Source: Pseudomonadota bacterium
GTDB taxonomy: Bacteria > Bdellovibrionota > Bdellovibrionia > Bdellovibrionales > SG-bin7
Assembly (NCBI GenBank): GCA_034439715.1
Contig: JAWXAY010000022.1
Span: forward strand, 1-38,185
DNA: 38,185 nucleotides
Direction: 5' to 3'
In this document: piece after piece, positions 8,864 to 18,871 of the stretch
Numbering within the stretch: position 1 is the first letter of the stretch
Layout of the letters: the number at the start of each line of letters is the position of its first letter
Notes under the pieces: model-generated
Seen by the model: only the letters and a program-made list of their open reading frames with translations
Told to the model about the DNA's origin: nothing
The model's database searches: none
Position numbers and translations under genes: made by a program

Positions 8864-10888
8864 TTAACCCCGACCAGCAATCAGCTGTTCCACCACGCTC
8901 GGGTCAGCTAAAGTTGAAGTATCACCCAAGTTACTCAAATCATTGACGGCTATTTTTCTTAAAATTCGCCGCATGATTTTACCAGATCTGGTTTTAGGGA
9001 GTTGTGGCGCCCAATGAATATGTTCGGGCGCAGCAAAAGCGCCTAAATCAGTTCGCACTTGTTGAACCAAATCTTTTTTTAATTGCTCAGTACCTGTAAT
9101 ACCCGAGCGTAAAGTCACATAGGCGTAGATCGCCTGACCCTTAATCGCGTGAGGCACGCCCACGACGGCACTCTCCGCAACAGATTTATGAGACACCAAC
9201 GAGCCTTCAACTTCTGCCGTACCGATGCGGTGGCCTGAGACTTTTAACACATCGTCAGTGCGGCCTGTGATCCAGTAATAGCCGTCCTCGTCTCTAATCG
9301 CGGCATCGCCGGTAAAATAGTATCCTGGATAGTCTGTAAAATAAGTTGTTTCAAAGCGTTTGTGGTCACCGTAAACGGAACGCATTTGACCTGGCCAGGA
9401 GCCTTGAAGTGCCAGCACCCCTGTGGCAGCACGGTCTGTTAATTCTTCTTTGCTTTCGGGATCCAAAATGACGGGCCTTACGCCAAAAAAAGGTAGTGTT
9501 GCCGAGCCCGGCTTCGTGGGAATGGCGCCAGGTATGGGACTAATTAGAATGCCACCAGTTTCTGTTTGCCACCAAGTATCGACAATGGGGCAGCGACTCT
9601 CGCCAATCACTTCATAGTACCACTTCCAGGCTTCAGGATTTATTGGTTCCCCAACGGAGCCCAAAAGTCTTAAACTTTTACGGCTGGTCTTAGTAACAAA
9701 CTGGTCGCCAAAGGCGTGGAGTGCACGAATGGCGGTGGGGGCGGTGTATAAGATACTGACTTTATATTTATCGACCATTTGCCAAAAGCAAGAAGCATCA
9801 GGGTAGGTGGGAATTCCTTCGAACAAAACTTGCGTGGCACCATTTAGCATGGGTCCATAAACTATATATGAGTGTCCTGTAATCCAGCCAATATCGGCGG
9901 TACACCAAAAGATATCATTTTCTTGATAATCAAAAATGTATTTAAAAGTTGTGGCCACATAAATCATATAACCCGCTATTGTGTGCAAAGCACCTTTAGG
10001 CTTTCCGGTTGAACCTGAAGTGTATAAAATAAAAAGCGGGTCTTCAGCGTCCATCCATTCTGGTTCACAGCTGTCACTCATCTGGGCGATAACTTCATGC
10101 CACCACACATCCTGTGCGGAATTAAAATTCACCTTCTGGGGCATTTCTTTGCCGAGGCGTTCGACAACTAAACAGTGATTAATTACAAAGCCTTTGGCTT
10201 TGCAGGATTCCAGCGCTTGATCGGCAATGTCCTTAATAGGAATCACCTTGGTTCCTCTAAAACATCCGTCAGCGGTAATAAGTACCTTACAGCGAGAGTC
10301 AATCATACGGTCGGAGAGGGATTCGGCTGATAATCCACCAAAGACAACTGAGTGGATAGCCCCGATGCGAGCACAAGCTAATACGGCAATTGGCAATTCC
10401 GGAATCATGGGCATATAGATATGAACACAATCACCTTTCTCTACTCCGAGAGATTTTAGGGCATTGGCCGCCTGACAAACTTTTTTATGAATTTCTTTGT
10501 ATGTGAGGGAAATGGCGCTGTCGTGTTTTTTGGTGGTGTCATTGGGCTCCCAGTAAAAAGCTATTTTGTTACCTGAGTTTTCGAGATGTCGATCGAGGGC
10601 ATTGTAACAAATGTTTGTTTTACCGCCTTCAAACCATTTGATACTTACAGGGCCCTTGCGAATATCTAAATTGAAGTTCGAAACCCTCTGCCATTTAGTT
10701 TTCCAAAAAAAGGATTCGGCGATCTGACCCCAAAATTTTTCAGGATTGTTGAGTGATTCATTATAAAGAGTTTGATAATCGCGTAAGCTCTTGAGATGAG
10801 AATTTTTGACAAAATCCACTGAGGGTTTAAAAAGGTGATGCTTTTCTTGTTCAAGGCTTGGCATAAGATCCCCCGTCGATTTTGCCAT
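8864..10888 (-). CDS. acs: Acetyl-CoA synthetase (acetate--CoA ligase)
   Basis: YTSGSTGKPKG, ADIGWITGHSY, DTWWQTETG and PKTRSGKIMRR motifs. Confidence 0.97.
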   Translation of the reverse strand: MAKSTGDLMPSLEQEKHHLFKPSVDFVKNSHLKSLRDYQTLYNESLNNPEKFWGQIAESFFWKTKWQRVSNFNLDIRKGPVSIKWFEGGKTNICYNALDRHLENSGNKIAFYWEPNDTTKKHDSAISLTYKEIHKKVCQAANALKSLGVEKGDCVHIYMPMIPELPIAVLACARIGAIHSVVFGGLSAESLSDRMIDSRCKVLITADGCFRGTKVIPIKDIADQALESCKAKGFVINHCLVVERLGKEMPQKVNFNSAQDVWWHEVIAQMSDSCEPEWMDAEDPLFILYTSGSTGKPKGALHTIAGYMIYVATTFKYIFDYQENDIFWCTADIGWITGHSYIVYGPMLNGATQVLFEGIPTYPDASCFWQMVDKYKVSILYTAPTAIRALHAFGDQFVTKTSRKSLRLLGSVGEPINPEAWKWYYEVIGESRCPIVDTWWQTETGGILISPIPGAIPTKPGSATLPFFGVRPVILDPESKEELTDRAATGVLALQGSWPGQMRSVYGDHKRFETTYFTDYPGYYFTGDAAIRDEDGYYWITGRTDDVLKVSGHRIGTAEVEGSLVSHKSVAESAVVGVPHAIKGQAIYAYVTLRSGITGTEQLKKDLVQQVRTDLGAFAAPEHIHWAPQLPKTRSGKIMRRILRKIAVNDLSNLGDTSTLADPSVVEQLIAGRG

Positions 10889-10938
10889 ACTAGATTAGTA
10901 AAGGCATAAGGGGGCGTCAACTCTAAGTTAACCGAAAG

Positions 10939-11652
10939 TTAAGACCGCGCAACTTTCTTTTGAGTTTTTCGGATGCGCTTTTCAGTTTGGTCTAAGTTTT
11001 TCTCAAGCTTTTTATTTTTTTGAGCCAATTTACGATTCTTGAGACTCAAATCTTTAGCTCTTTTTTTCGCTAATGCCAAAGTTTTATTAGCAGCTTTAAG
11101 ATTGGCTAATAGCTGGTCTTGTTGACGCTTTGCCGCTTTAATTTCACGATTTCGATCGGCTATCTCTTGGTTCATTTTTGAAACACGCGTGCGTGTTTCA
11201 AGTAGCTGTTGACGCTTGCCTTCGGCGCGTGTTTTTGCTGCCTGTGATTTCTGACGAACCTGATTTAATTCCCATTCTAGCCGAGTTTGCTCGCGAGAAA
11301 GTTTGCTGAGATTGGTATTAGATTTTTCGGTCTGTGTTTTGATGCCCATGAGTTTGAGTTTTTCGTTGAGCGCAGCTTTTTTGGTTTTTTCTTTTTGTGT
11401 AGTGATGGATTGAATTTTGGATCTAATCTGCTGCTCTTCTCGATTCAAACGAGACTGTTCTGCCTTAGAAAACTCAATGTCCTCTTTATGATCTTCGACA
11501 TCTAGCTCTTCAACTTCTTCAGAAATATCAAGTTCGCTAACCTGATCTTCTAAAGTCAAATTATCCGCATCTGGATTCGGCGTTGCCCAAATAGTCATGG
11601 GTGACGACATCAAAACTATGGTCATAAGACGAAAAAATACATTGGCGCCCAT
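10939..11652 (-). CDS. Secreted long coiled-coil hypothetical protein
   Basis: Signal-peptide-like N-terminus, heptad-rich helical body and GGGAG SD upstream. Confidence 0.75.
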   Translation of the reverse strand: MGANVFFRLMTIVLMSSPMTIWATPNPDADNLTLEDQVSELDISEEVEELDVEDHKEDIEFSKAEQSRLNREEQQIRSKIQSITTQKEKTKKAALNEKLKLMGIKTQTEKSNTNLSKLSREQTRLEWELNQVRQKSQAAKTRAEGKRQQLLETRTRVSKMNQEIADRNREIKAAKRQQDQLLANLKAANKTLALAKKRAKDLSLKNRKLAQKNKKLEKNLDQTEKRIRKTQKKVARS

Positions 11653-11690
11653 TTTTAAATCTCCCTATAAAGTATTCGAAGTCAGATTAG

Positions 11691-11706
11691 TGCAATCCTT
11701 ATTCCA
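11691..11706 (-). promoter_or_regulatory. Putative sigma54 (-24/-12) promoter for the coiled-coil gene
   Basis: Minus strand TGGAATAAGGATTGCA, giving GG-N10-GC with TTGCA, ~40 nt upstream of the ATG. Confidence 0.55.
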
Positions 11707-11906
11707 TACTTAGATTAGCACTGGCCCGTTTTAAGGACATTTGTCTGTAAAAGTTTTAATATCCGGCCCAAAATTGTCTGAATAAACCAGTATCTGGGCG
11801 ATTAACAAATCTAATACAGCCCATAGCACAAGGTTGTGGACCAACTCTTGCTCTTTAACCGCACGGAGGTTTTAATTGGTGCACATTTGGCCCCAATAAC
11901 CAATAT

Positions 11907-12758
11907 ATGTTAGCTAAACTGTTAAATTCACTTGAGCACACCCAAAAATTGGCTATATCTGCCATTTTTTGTGTAGGGGCTTTGCTACCTTTGAATTCAC
12001 AGGCTGTAGCTAAGACTAAGGCTAAAGCGCCCGAATGGAAAACATCTCTTACAAGTTCCAATTACACAAATACCATTCAAAACTCCTACGAACAGATTCA
12101 CGTTTCGGGAATGTATTTGTTAGGGGTAACGCGAACCTTGCCGTCCCTAAACAGTTTAATAAATTTTAATGGTGGCTACACACTTGAGTATACCCACAAA
12201 GTTGAGGACACCAACCGTAATGGAGATTGGAATAATCCCAGTTTTTCTTATCGATATATTTTTGGCGATGGGCGAATCTTCAAGAGAGTTACAACAGGCT
12301 TTGACAGCGTAATACCAGTCTCTCGCGGAGCCCGTGGCCGATCCATGATATTTGGAATGGGGCCAATGTTAGGCTGGGGATTTGACATGGGAAGATTTTC
12401 TTTAAATCAAAAATTGAATTACATTTATACAGCCTTTACCTACGATACCAGTCTTGACGGCCGAATGAATTCTCCACATACAGCGAGTTTTAGTAATAAT
12501 TTGGGGCTTAAGTTTAGTAAATATTGGTCAGCGGCATTAGTTTTTGTTTATGTTTACGCCGCTGATTACGAGGGCATTGCGACGACTTCCACAAATACAG
12601 CTGGCAGCATTAGTTGGACAATCGCCAAAAATTTTTCAGCTAGCTTAGGGCTGGCCACTACCTCGGGCACACTCACCGCGATGGGCGATTACCACCGACT
12701 AAACATTTACGACGCAAATAAGGCAAATGCATTTATGGATTTAACATTAACTTTTTAA
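11907..12758 (+). CDS. Putative outer-membrane beta-barrel protein
   Basis: Signal peptide, aromatic/Gly/Asn-rich alternating strands and C-terminal DLTLTF. Confidence 0.7.
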   Translation: MLAKLLNSLEHTQKLAISAIFCVGALLPLNSQAVAKTKAKAPEWKTSLTSSNYTNTIQNSYEQIHVSGMYLLGVTRTLPSLNSLINFNGGYTLEYTHKVEDTNRNGDWNNPSFSYRYIFGDGRIFKRVTTGFDSVIPVSRGARGRSMIFGMGPMLGWGFDMGRFSLNQKLNYIYTAFTYDTSLDGRMNSPHTASFSNNLGLKFSKYWSAALVFVYVYAADYEGIATTSTNTAGSISWTIAKNFSASLGLATTSGTLTAMGDYHRLNIYDANKANAFMDLTLTF

Positions 12759-12769
12759 GGGGCGAATTT

Positions 12770-15700
12770 ATGAGTCAGAGTTCACGTTTATTGATGCTAG
12801 CAATGGTTATAGGGGCGGGAGTGGCGCTTTCGGGTTGCGGCAAAAAGCGCGCGATTAAAGAGGAATTTAAACCTCATAATCTAGAAAAGAGCTTGATATC
12901 AACTAGCGAGGATTACATTTACCTCATTAGTGTGAGTGATTCTGATCCACGCTCTGACAGCACGCGACCCCACTGGCAAAGTTATCCAAAGATTGTGAGA
13001 ATGAAATTCACTGATAATTCCTTAGAGGTTTTTCAAGTGAATCGCGATAAAGCAACTAATGAGAATAAAGTCTCGGCAAAACCGGTTATTTCGATTCCGG
13101 TGAAGCACATCGACTATCGTTGTAAACAAAACGATTTTAATGAGTGCACGGGTAGCGAAGAAGAAAATAAACAGATTTTGGAAAGCCAAAGAAGATTCTT
13201 TTTACCTGACTTAGAGAAAACAGATATTATAGAAAAAAGTTTTTTACCAATAGCACTTGACGGAATAGACGACAAGTGTTTCACCAAAAAGAAACAAACT
13301 GTCGTGGGTGGCAAGCTGGAGAAAGACGCATTAAGTATCGAGCTAGAAGCGACCTATGAAACCAAACCCGAATGCGTAAACGTCAGTAACGTCGAGGGTA
13401 TTGAGGATCTACTGGAACGCATGACATTCCGAGTTCGTTACTACGTATCTATAGTCAAATCGAAAAGCTTAGCTGATCCTGAATATAAGGAAATACTCTA
13501 CTCGGGTCGAGATCAAAGCACCTTTGGCTTTTTTACGACCGAAGAGTCAGTTTTGGATGTGGATAATCGCAACACAGAGACCAGTCGAATTGTAAAGCTT
13601 AATCGTTGGAGTCCCAATAAGAAAAAACTTATTTATTACTTAAATCATGAGTTTGAAAAGCCTGAATATGCACAGTTAAAAACCCTTTCTTTTAAGGCAG
13701 GCGAGGCCGTCGCACAGGCACTAAAGACAGCGGGAGCAAACATCGATTTTGAAATACAAATGGGCCAAAAGGAAATGGTCCCCGAGAACTTACGAAATAC
13801 CATGATCGTATTGGTGCCAGAACCGCTAGACTCTGGACTTCTAGGGTATGGACCGTCGTCCGCCAATCCAGCTACGGGTGAGATTCTGCATGCGGGTGTG
13901 ATTATGTATGCTGGCAATATGAAGCAATATATAAATAGAACTTGGGATGAGGTTGTGCGCGCCTATATTGAAAGTCAGATGCCCCAAGTGCCTCTAGCTG
14001 AAAAAGAACCCGAAAAAAAGGAGCAACCTTCGAATAGCCGTGCTGCGGTTTCTCGACAAAACCTCGAAAATCAAAAGACTAAAATTCCGGGTATAAATAT
14101 TGAAAAAACTATAAGTGACACTATTAAATACAGTAACCACTCTTATATGCCCAAGGAACGAATTTTGGGTATTAGTCAAAAAAAGGAATCAGAGTTAAAG
14201 TCAATCAACGAGGCGCTCACTTACGGCTCACTCATGGATTACTATTCTCGCAATAACTACTACCACAGCGATGTTTTTAATTTCGGTGGTGCTATTCTTG
14301 GAGCTTTTAAAGGCAAAATTCCTGGTGACCTCTTAAAGCCATGGTCTCAATTGACAGCGTCCGAGAGGCAAAGTGTTATTGACTTAACACTTCCTCACGT
14401 TTGGTCAGTCACTTTGATTCATGAGATTGGACATACTTTAGGATTACGTCATAACTTTGCGGGTTCTGAAGATGACAAGAATTTCTATGATAAAAAGGAA
14501 TTAGAGAAAAACGGGATTGACTATGCGATACCCTTTTCATCAGTAATGGAATACCCTTTTTCTGACATAGGCGCCTTACCTATCATGGGTAAGTACGACG
14601 TCGCGGCATTGGCTTTCGGATACAGCAGAAAACTATTTACAAAAAGTGGAAAATTAGTCGACGTGACCGGGGGCGGAGTTATGGCCACCAAAACTCGTCT
14701 GAAAGCAGAGTTTGAAAAGCTACCGCAAGAAAAACAAACACAAAAAGAGAAAGATAACTTTGAGTTGAGTGATTTTGAATTTTGCACTGACGAACATGTT
14801 GAAGTGAATCCGGGATGTAAACGATTTGACACGGGTACCAACTTGCCTGAGATCGCACAACATTTGATAAATACCTACGAGAGTTTTTATGAGTATCGTA
14901 ATAAACGAAATGGCCGTAGAAATTTTAGCGCCACAAATGATGGCGCCTATGCCATTGGCATGGCTCAAAATTTTCGCTATATGCGCATGTTCTTCGAGCG
15001 TTACGAAGACTTCGCAGAACAGCTGCCGATGGTCGACAATTGGTCCGATCCCACATATATTGCTAATGCGAACTCACGAAAGTATCTTACAGAATTGAAA
15101 GAAAGCGTAATTTTGATCGGCAAGCATTTCATGGATGTATTAACGGAACCTGATCAAACTTGCGTACTTCACGACTCTGAGACTAATGAAACTGTGGCTT
15201 TGCCGCTTGTCACTTGGATGGATCGACGAGCAGCCGGCTTGAAGAAAGTTGATCCCGATTTGTTTTCGTGCTCAGAGCTCAGTTTTTCTAAGGATTCAGG
15301 CGAAATGCTGGCAGAAATTGGCAAACCATTTTCTAACAGAAAATCGCCTGACAATGCAAACAATTATGCCGATCAAATTGATACCCGAGGTATTTGGTCA
15401 GACAAACTGTTGGCTGCTTACTTTTTGCTGACACGTAAGATTGGGCTCGGAACAGTGGATAACTTTTCGGCCAACTTTTTAGATGTGCCAGAGCTGCAAG
15501 GTCGGTTGATAGTATTGCTCAAAACGATTATTCTCGACGAAGTCGCGCGCGAATTTAAAATTTCAACTCCTAAAGGAGTTGTCAGTGTAGAGGCTCATAC
15601 TCCAATGGATATTTCACACTTGATTCGTCCTTCTATGTCAGGATTAGCAAATCGCATGTTTGGAATCAGTGGTGAATTTCGTTTTTCAAAAGCGATTCTC

Positions 15701-16216
15701 AACACAATTAAGTTGCGCGTGCCGAGCGTCGTCGATCGACCACTGGCAGACTCCATTTTAGAAAATTTTGTAATCTATACTCGCTTGACAGAAGACGAAA
15801 TAAGACATGGTGGCTTTCAAACGATTGTGACTTCTGATGGAAAGCGCTATTATTTTAGAGCAGAAAAAAACTCCTTAGCAAAAGACATCAATACTCGCAT
15901 TACAATTAGAGATAATTTACAAGGGCTCTCTAAAGATTCAGTGACCAAGATTGTCGCGGCGCTAACTGAGTTGGATAAAATAGAGAAGACAGAAGAAAGA
16001 CCGGCGAAGATCGAAGAACTCAAGAAGTCGTTGATAGAATCTGAAGCCAAAAGTTTTGATTATTTTGCTAAGTTGCCAAACGGCCAAATTGCTATCCAGA
16101 GATTCTTAGGTGGCGCATTCAAAGAACGGGCCTACTATGAAGACGTTCTCGAATCGATGATCGAAAGAACCGACGTTAACGTAAATGTAAGCGTTAGGGT
16201 TAAAGTTGATGATTAA
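12770..16216 (+). CDS. Large lipoprotein zinc metalloprotease (metzincin, EcxA/DUF4953-like)
   Basis: Lipobox LSGC, LLGYGPSSANPATGEI, HEIGHTLGLRHNF, Met-turn SSVMEY, then FCTD and C-x-RFD. Confidence 0.9.
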   Translation: MSQSSRLLMLAMVIGAGVALSGCGKKRAIKEEFKPHNLEKSLISTSEDYIYLISVSDSDPRSDSTRPHWQSYPKIVRMKFTDNSLEVFQVNRDKATNENKVSAKPVISIPVKHIDYRCKQNDFNECTGSEEENKQILESQRRFFLPDLEKTDIIEKSFLPIALDGIDDKCFTKKKQTVVGGKLEKDALSIELEATYETKPECVNVSNVEGIEDLLERMTFRVRYYVSIVKSKSLADPEYKEILYSGRDQSTFGFFTTEESVLDVDNRNTETSRIVKLNRWSPNKKKLIYYLNHEFEKPEYAQLKTLSFKAGEAVAQALKTAGANIDFEIQMGQKEMVPENLRNTMIVLVPEPLDSGLLGYGPSSANPATGEILHAGVIMYAGNMKQYINRTWDEVVRAYIESQMPQVPLAEKEPEKKEQPSNSRAAVSRQNLENQKTKIPGINIEKTISDTIKYSNHSYMPKERILGISQKKESELKSINEALTYGSLMDYYSRNNYYHSDVFNFGGAILGAFKGKIPGDLLKPWSQLTASERQSVIDLTLPHVWSVTLIHEIGHTLGLRHNFAGSEDDKNFYDKKELEKNGIDYAIPFSSVMEYPFSDIGALPIMGKYDVAALAFGYSRKLFTKSGKLVDVTGGGVMATKTRLKAEFEKLPQEKQTQKEKDNFELSDFEFCTDEHVEVNPGCKRFDTGTNLPEIAQHLINTYESFYEYRNKRNGRRNFSATNDGAYAIGMAQNFRYMRMFFERYEDFAEQLPMVDNWSDPTYIANANSRKYLTELKESVILIGKHFMDVLTEPDQTCVLHDSETNETVALPLVTWMDRRAAGLKKVDPDLFSCSELSFSKDSGEMLAEIGKPFSNRKSPDNANNYADQIDTRGIWSDKLLAAYFLLTRKIGLGTVDNFSANFLDVPELQGRLIVLLKTIILDEVAREFKISTPKGVVSVEAHTPMDISHLIRPSMSGLANRMFGISGEFRFSKAILNTIKLRVPSVVDRPLADSILENFVIYTRLTEDEIRHGGFQTIVTSDGKRYYFRAEKNSLAKDINTRITIRDNLQGLSKDSVTKIVAALTELDKIEKTEERPAKIEELKKSLIESEAKSFDYFAKLPNGQIAIQRFLGGAFKERAYYEDVLESMIERTDVNVNVSVRVKVDD

Positions 16217-16929
16217 GCAGCAGTCACTCTAAAGAATTGGCTTAAGGTGTATTGCTGCTGTCGATTTAGATTTTCGAACTTGATGCCAATTCCGTCAGGA
16301 TATGCTCCCTTTGCCTTTTGATGGCGAACTACTCGTGCATCACAACGTAATGTTCTAAAGGCACCGAGTTTAAAACTCAAGCTTAGACTTTCACCTTCAG
16401 AGAGTTGTGTGGCCATTGCTGACTTTAACGGAATAAAAGTGCCGCCAGTAGAAATATCAAAAGTATCAGTACTAAAACCCTCGCTACGCTGGGGACTGAT
16501 AAAGACGGGCACATTAACTTTAATCCTCGGAGAATTTAGCCACCAACGCTTGTGGGGTGCGGCCATTAGCAACTGAATCTCTGTCTGAAAAAATACCATA
16601 TTACTGCTGGCGAAAATAACAGTGGCCATGAGAGTCGTTGCCACATTGTAGTCATAGCCCACGTAACTTACGATTGTGTTGTTCCAGGCGACCAAGACCG
16701 TTAGAAGTGGTAGCGCTATTTTAAATTGAGGAGCGGCAGCAAAAGAGCAATAGGCCGTATAGCCACAGCCAATCATCGTTAGCCAATTCAGAATTGAAAG
16801 CTTGGCGAGAATGGGCATTACCTCCCACGGATAATGTCCGTAGAGAAACATAACCTGTACCGGAAACGCCACAAGCAATACCAATAGCAGGACGGTAATA
16901 GTGTTAAATAGTTTTGGCTTCTTGACCAT
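16213..16929 (-). CDS. Membrane protein (~4 TM) with C-terminal PilZ domain
   Basis: Hydrophobic N-terminal half, then RWWLNSPR, DISTGG, ARVVR and GIGIKF. Confidence 0.85.
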   Translation of the reverse strand: MVKKPKLFNTITVLLLVLLVAFPVQVMFLYGHYPWEVMPILAKLSILNWLTMIGCGYTAYCSFAAAPQFKIALPLLTVLVAWNNTIVSYVGYDYNVATTLMATVIFASSNMVFFQTEIQLLMAAPHKRWWLNSPRIKVNVPVFISPQRSEGFSTDTFDISTGGTFIPLKSAMATQLSEGESLSLSFKLGAFRTLRCDARVVRHQKAKGAYPDGIGIKFENLNRQQQYTLSQFFRVTAA

Positions 16930-16935
16930 AGCTAC

Positions 16936-18051
16936 TTACCTTTCGGCAAAATGATAGCAGTAACTTGAGATGCGATTTACATATTTTCGAGCTTCACCTA
17001 ACTTATCGTCGTTAATCCAATCATATCCTCTGGTCTCAAGGGCAGTTTTCACTCGCGATGAACCCGAATTATAGCTCGCCAAGATAACTTGACTTAGGCC
17101 AAGCTCCAGGTCCTGAAATGTATTTTTGACCATTTCTAGGTTTACTGGTTTTCGCCAATAGTCATCGAGATATTTTAAGTAGGCAATGCCGCCCTTAATG
17201 GAAGACTCTGGATTTAAGCGCCACTCGTTTTTCTCATTTAGCGTTCCCATTAGAATCATAGTTTTTAATAAGGGGAGACTCATATCATTGATTTTTAGAT
17301 TTCTTGGAAAGGTTGGAAAGTCACTGATAATTTCTTCCTCAGCCACGCGAGTGACCTGAGTTAGTCCGATGGCCTTGGCCCAGCTGACGGCCTTGGGGTC
17401 AAACCGTGATTCCTGAGCAACTAGTCCTGCAAAAAGCGAAGGATTAACCTTACCTTGCAAACTATATTTATTAATATACTCAAGGTAAGATTCGGGAATT
17501 TGAAACCGTGAATCAAGCACTGGGATTTTGTTGTCAAACATACTACAGGTGGGGCGTTCAAATTCTGCCATGACTGGCGTTGAGGTCTTTGAGTGGGCGT
17601 AAACAAACTGAATATTATTTTCTCGATCTGCCGGAAGCCTCAAACGTGGAATTGAAATAAATAATTGATTTTTACTTTTAATAACTGTGTCTTGCCGTTG
17701 TACTGAAACCGAATTTGTAATGTCATAACCGTCATAGAAGACAAAGGTTTTATAATCCGGGCTAATGCCTTTGGGGTCGTGAATCTGAATATTGAGATCA
17801 TTGACCTGATGGAGGACCTGTTTGCCAGGATAAAAATAAATTTTTGGTTTGTCATCTTGAGCCAAAGACCGGGCCGGTGCTTGCGACAACTCCGGAAATT
17901 CTTCGGACTTTTGTGTTTTTATTTTGGCAAAGTTTTTCTTGTTAGGTTTTCCTAACGAATGAATGGCGCCTAGGGGAGTGGTGGGACCGGCACAACCCAC
18001 AAGGATTGTGAGCAGCAAGGTGTTAAGAGTGATGACTTTGGCGTTTACCAT
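16936..18051 (-). CDS. Lipoprotein with SLT-family lytic transglycosylase domain
   Basis: Lipobox LVGC; QES, AIGLTQ, ASYNSG and EARKYV motifs. Confidence 0.88.
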   Translation of the reverse strand: MVNAKVITLNTLLLTILVGCAGPTTPLGAIHSLGKPNKKNFAKIKTQKSEEFPELSQAPARSLAQDDKPKIYFYPGKQVLHQVNDLNIQIHDPKGISPDYKTFVFYDGYDITNSVSVQRQDTVIKSKNQLFISIPRLRLPADRENNIQFVYAHSKTSTPVMAEFERPTCSMFDNKIPVLDSRFQIPESYLEYINKYSLQGKVNPSLFAGLVAQESRFDPKAVSWAKAIGLTQVTRVAEEEIISDFPTFPRNLKINDMSLPLLKTMILMGTLNEKNEWRLNPESSIKGGIAYLKYLDDYWRKPVNLEMVKNTFQDLELGLSQVILASYNSGSSRVKTALETRGYDWINDDKLGEARKYVNRISSYCYHFAER

Positions 18052-18057
18052 ATTACT

Positions 18058-18084
18058 TTATCGGCACCTAGACCAAAGGCCTTA
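18058..18084 (-). promoter_or_regulatory. Sigma28 (FliA) promoter, probably giving a leaderless mRNA
   Basis: Minus strand TAAG-N15-GCCGATAA, then 6 nt to the ATG at 18051; no SD. Confidence 0.8.
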
Positions 18085-18186
18085 ACGTTTTAAGCGCTTG
18101 AAAGTTCGATTATTATCTTTGATTTTTTGGCTATCTTTTTGACAGTGTATTTTTGAGATTTTTGACGGCAACTTTGAACTTCAGTG

Positions 18187-18864
18187 TTAATAAGTCCTGC
18201 TCAAGTGGTCGTTGGCTTGACTAAAAATAGAGTCCAACATGGGCTCTGTGAGTCGTTTAGTGAAAGTGTTTTGTTGGCTGGGATGGTAACTCGCCAAAAT
18301 TAACGGCCCTCCTGCCACCTGGATTTTCGCGCCATGAGAAAATTGGGGAACCTCTTCTAGACTAAAAAATCGCAACGTGTTGACCCAGGCAATTTGTCCC
18401 AGTGCTACGATAATTTTTGGATTTAAATCCTTAAGAAGTTGCTTTAGATATCTAGCGCAATGATTTATTTCTATAGGCATTGGCTTATTGTCAGGTGGCG
18501 CGCAATGTGCAATGGCTGTTATAAGTGCACCCGAAAGCTTCAAGCCGTCATTAGCAGACTCGCTCACAGGCTGGTTGGCAAACCCCGCACGATGTAAAGC
18601 ACGATAGAGCCATAAGCCGCTCTGATCGCCAGTAAACATGCGACCGGTTCGGTTAGCACCATGAGCCGCAGGCGCCAATCCAACGATGAGGAGCTGGGCC
18701 TCGGGATCCCCAAAGTTTGGTACGGGCTTTCCCCAGTAGTTCCAGGTCGAAAACGCTTTACGTTTTTCTTTGGCAATTTTTTTGCAATGCCCCCGTAAGC
18801 GAGGACATTTATTACACTTTATGATTTGAGAATTTAAAATATTATATTTGTTTGTTGGGCTCAT
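18187..18864 (-). CDS. udgB: Uracil-DNA glycosylase, family 5 (UdgB-type, Fe-S)
   Basis: CNKCPRL, GLAPAAHGANRTGRMFTGD, CAPPDNKP and YHPSQQNT motifs. Confidence 0.92.
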   Translation of the reverse strand: MSPTNKYNILNSQIIKCNKCPRLRGHCKKIAKEKRKAFSTWNYWGKPVPNFGDPEAQLLIVGLAPAAHGANRTGRMFTGDQSGLWLYRALHRAGFANQPVSESANDGLKLSGALITAIAHCAPPDNKPMPIEINHCARYLKQLLKDLNPKIIVALGQIAWVNTLRFFSLEEVPQFSHGAKIQVAGGPLILASYHPSQQNTFTKRLTEPMLDSIFSQANDHLSRTY

Positions 18865-18871
18865 TGCTTTT

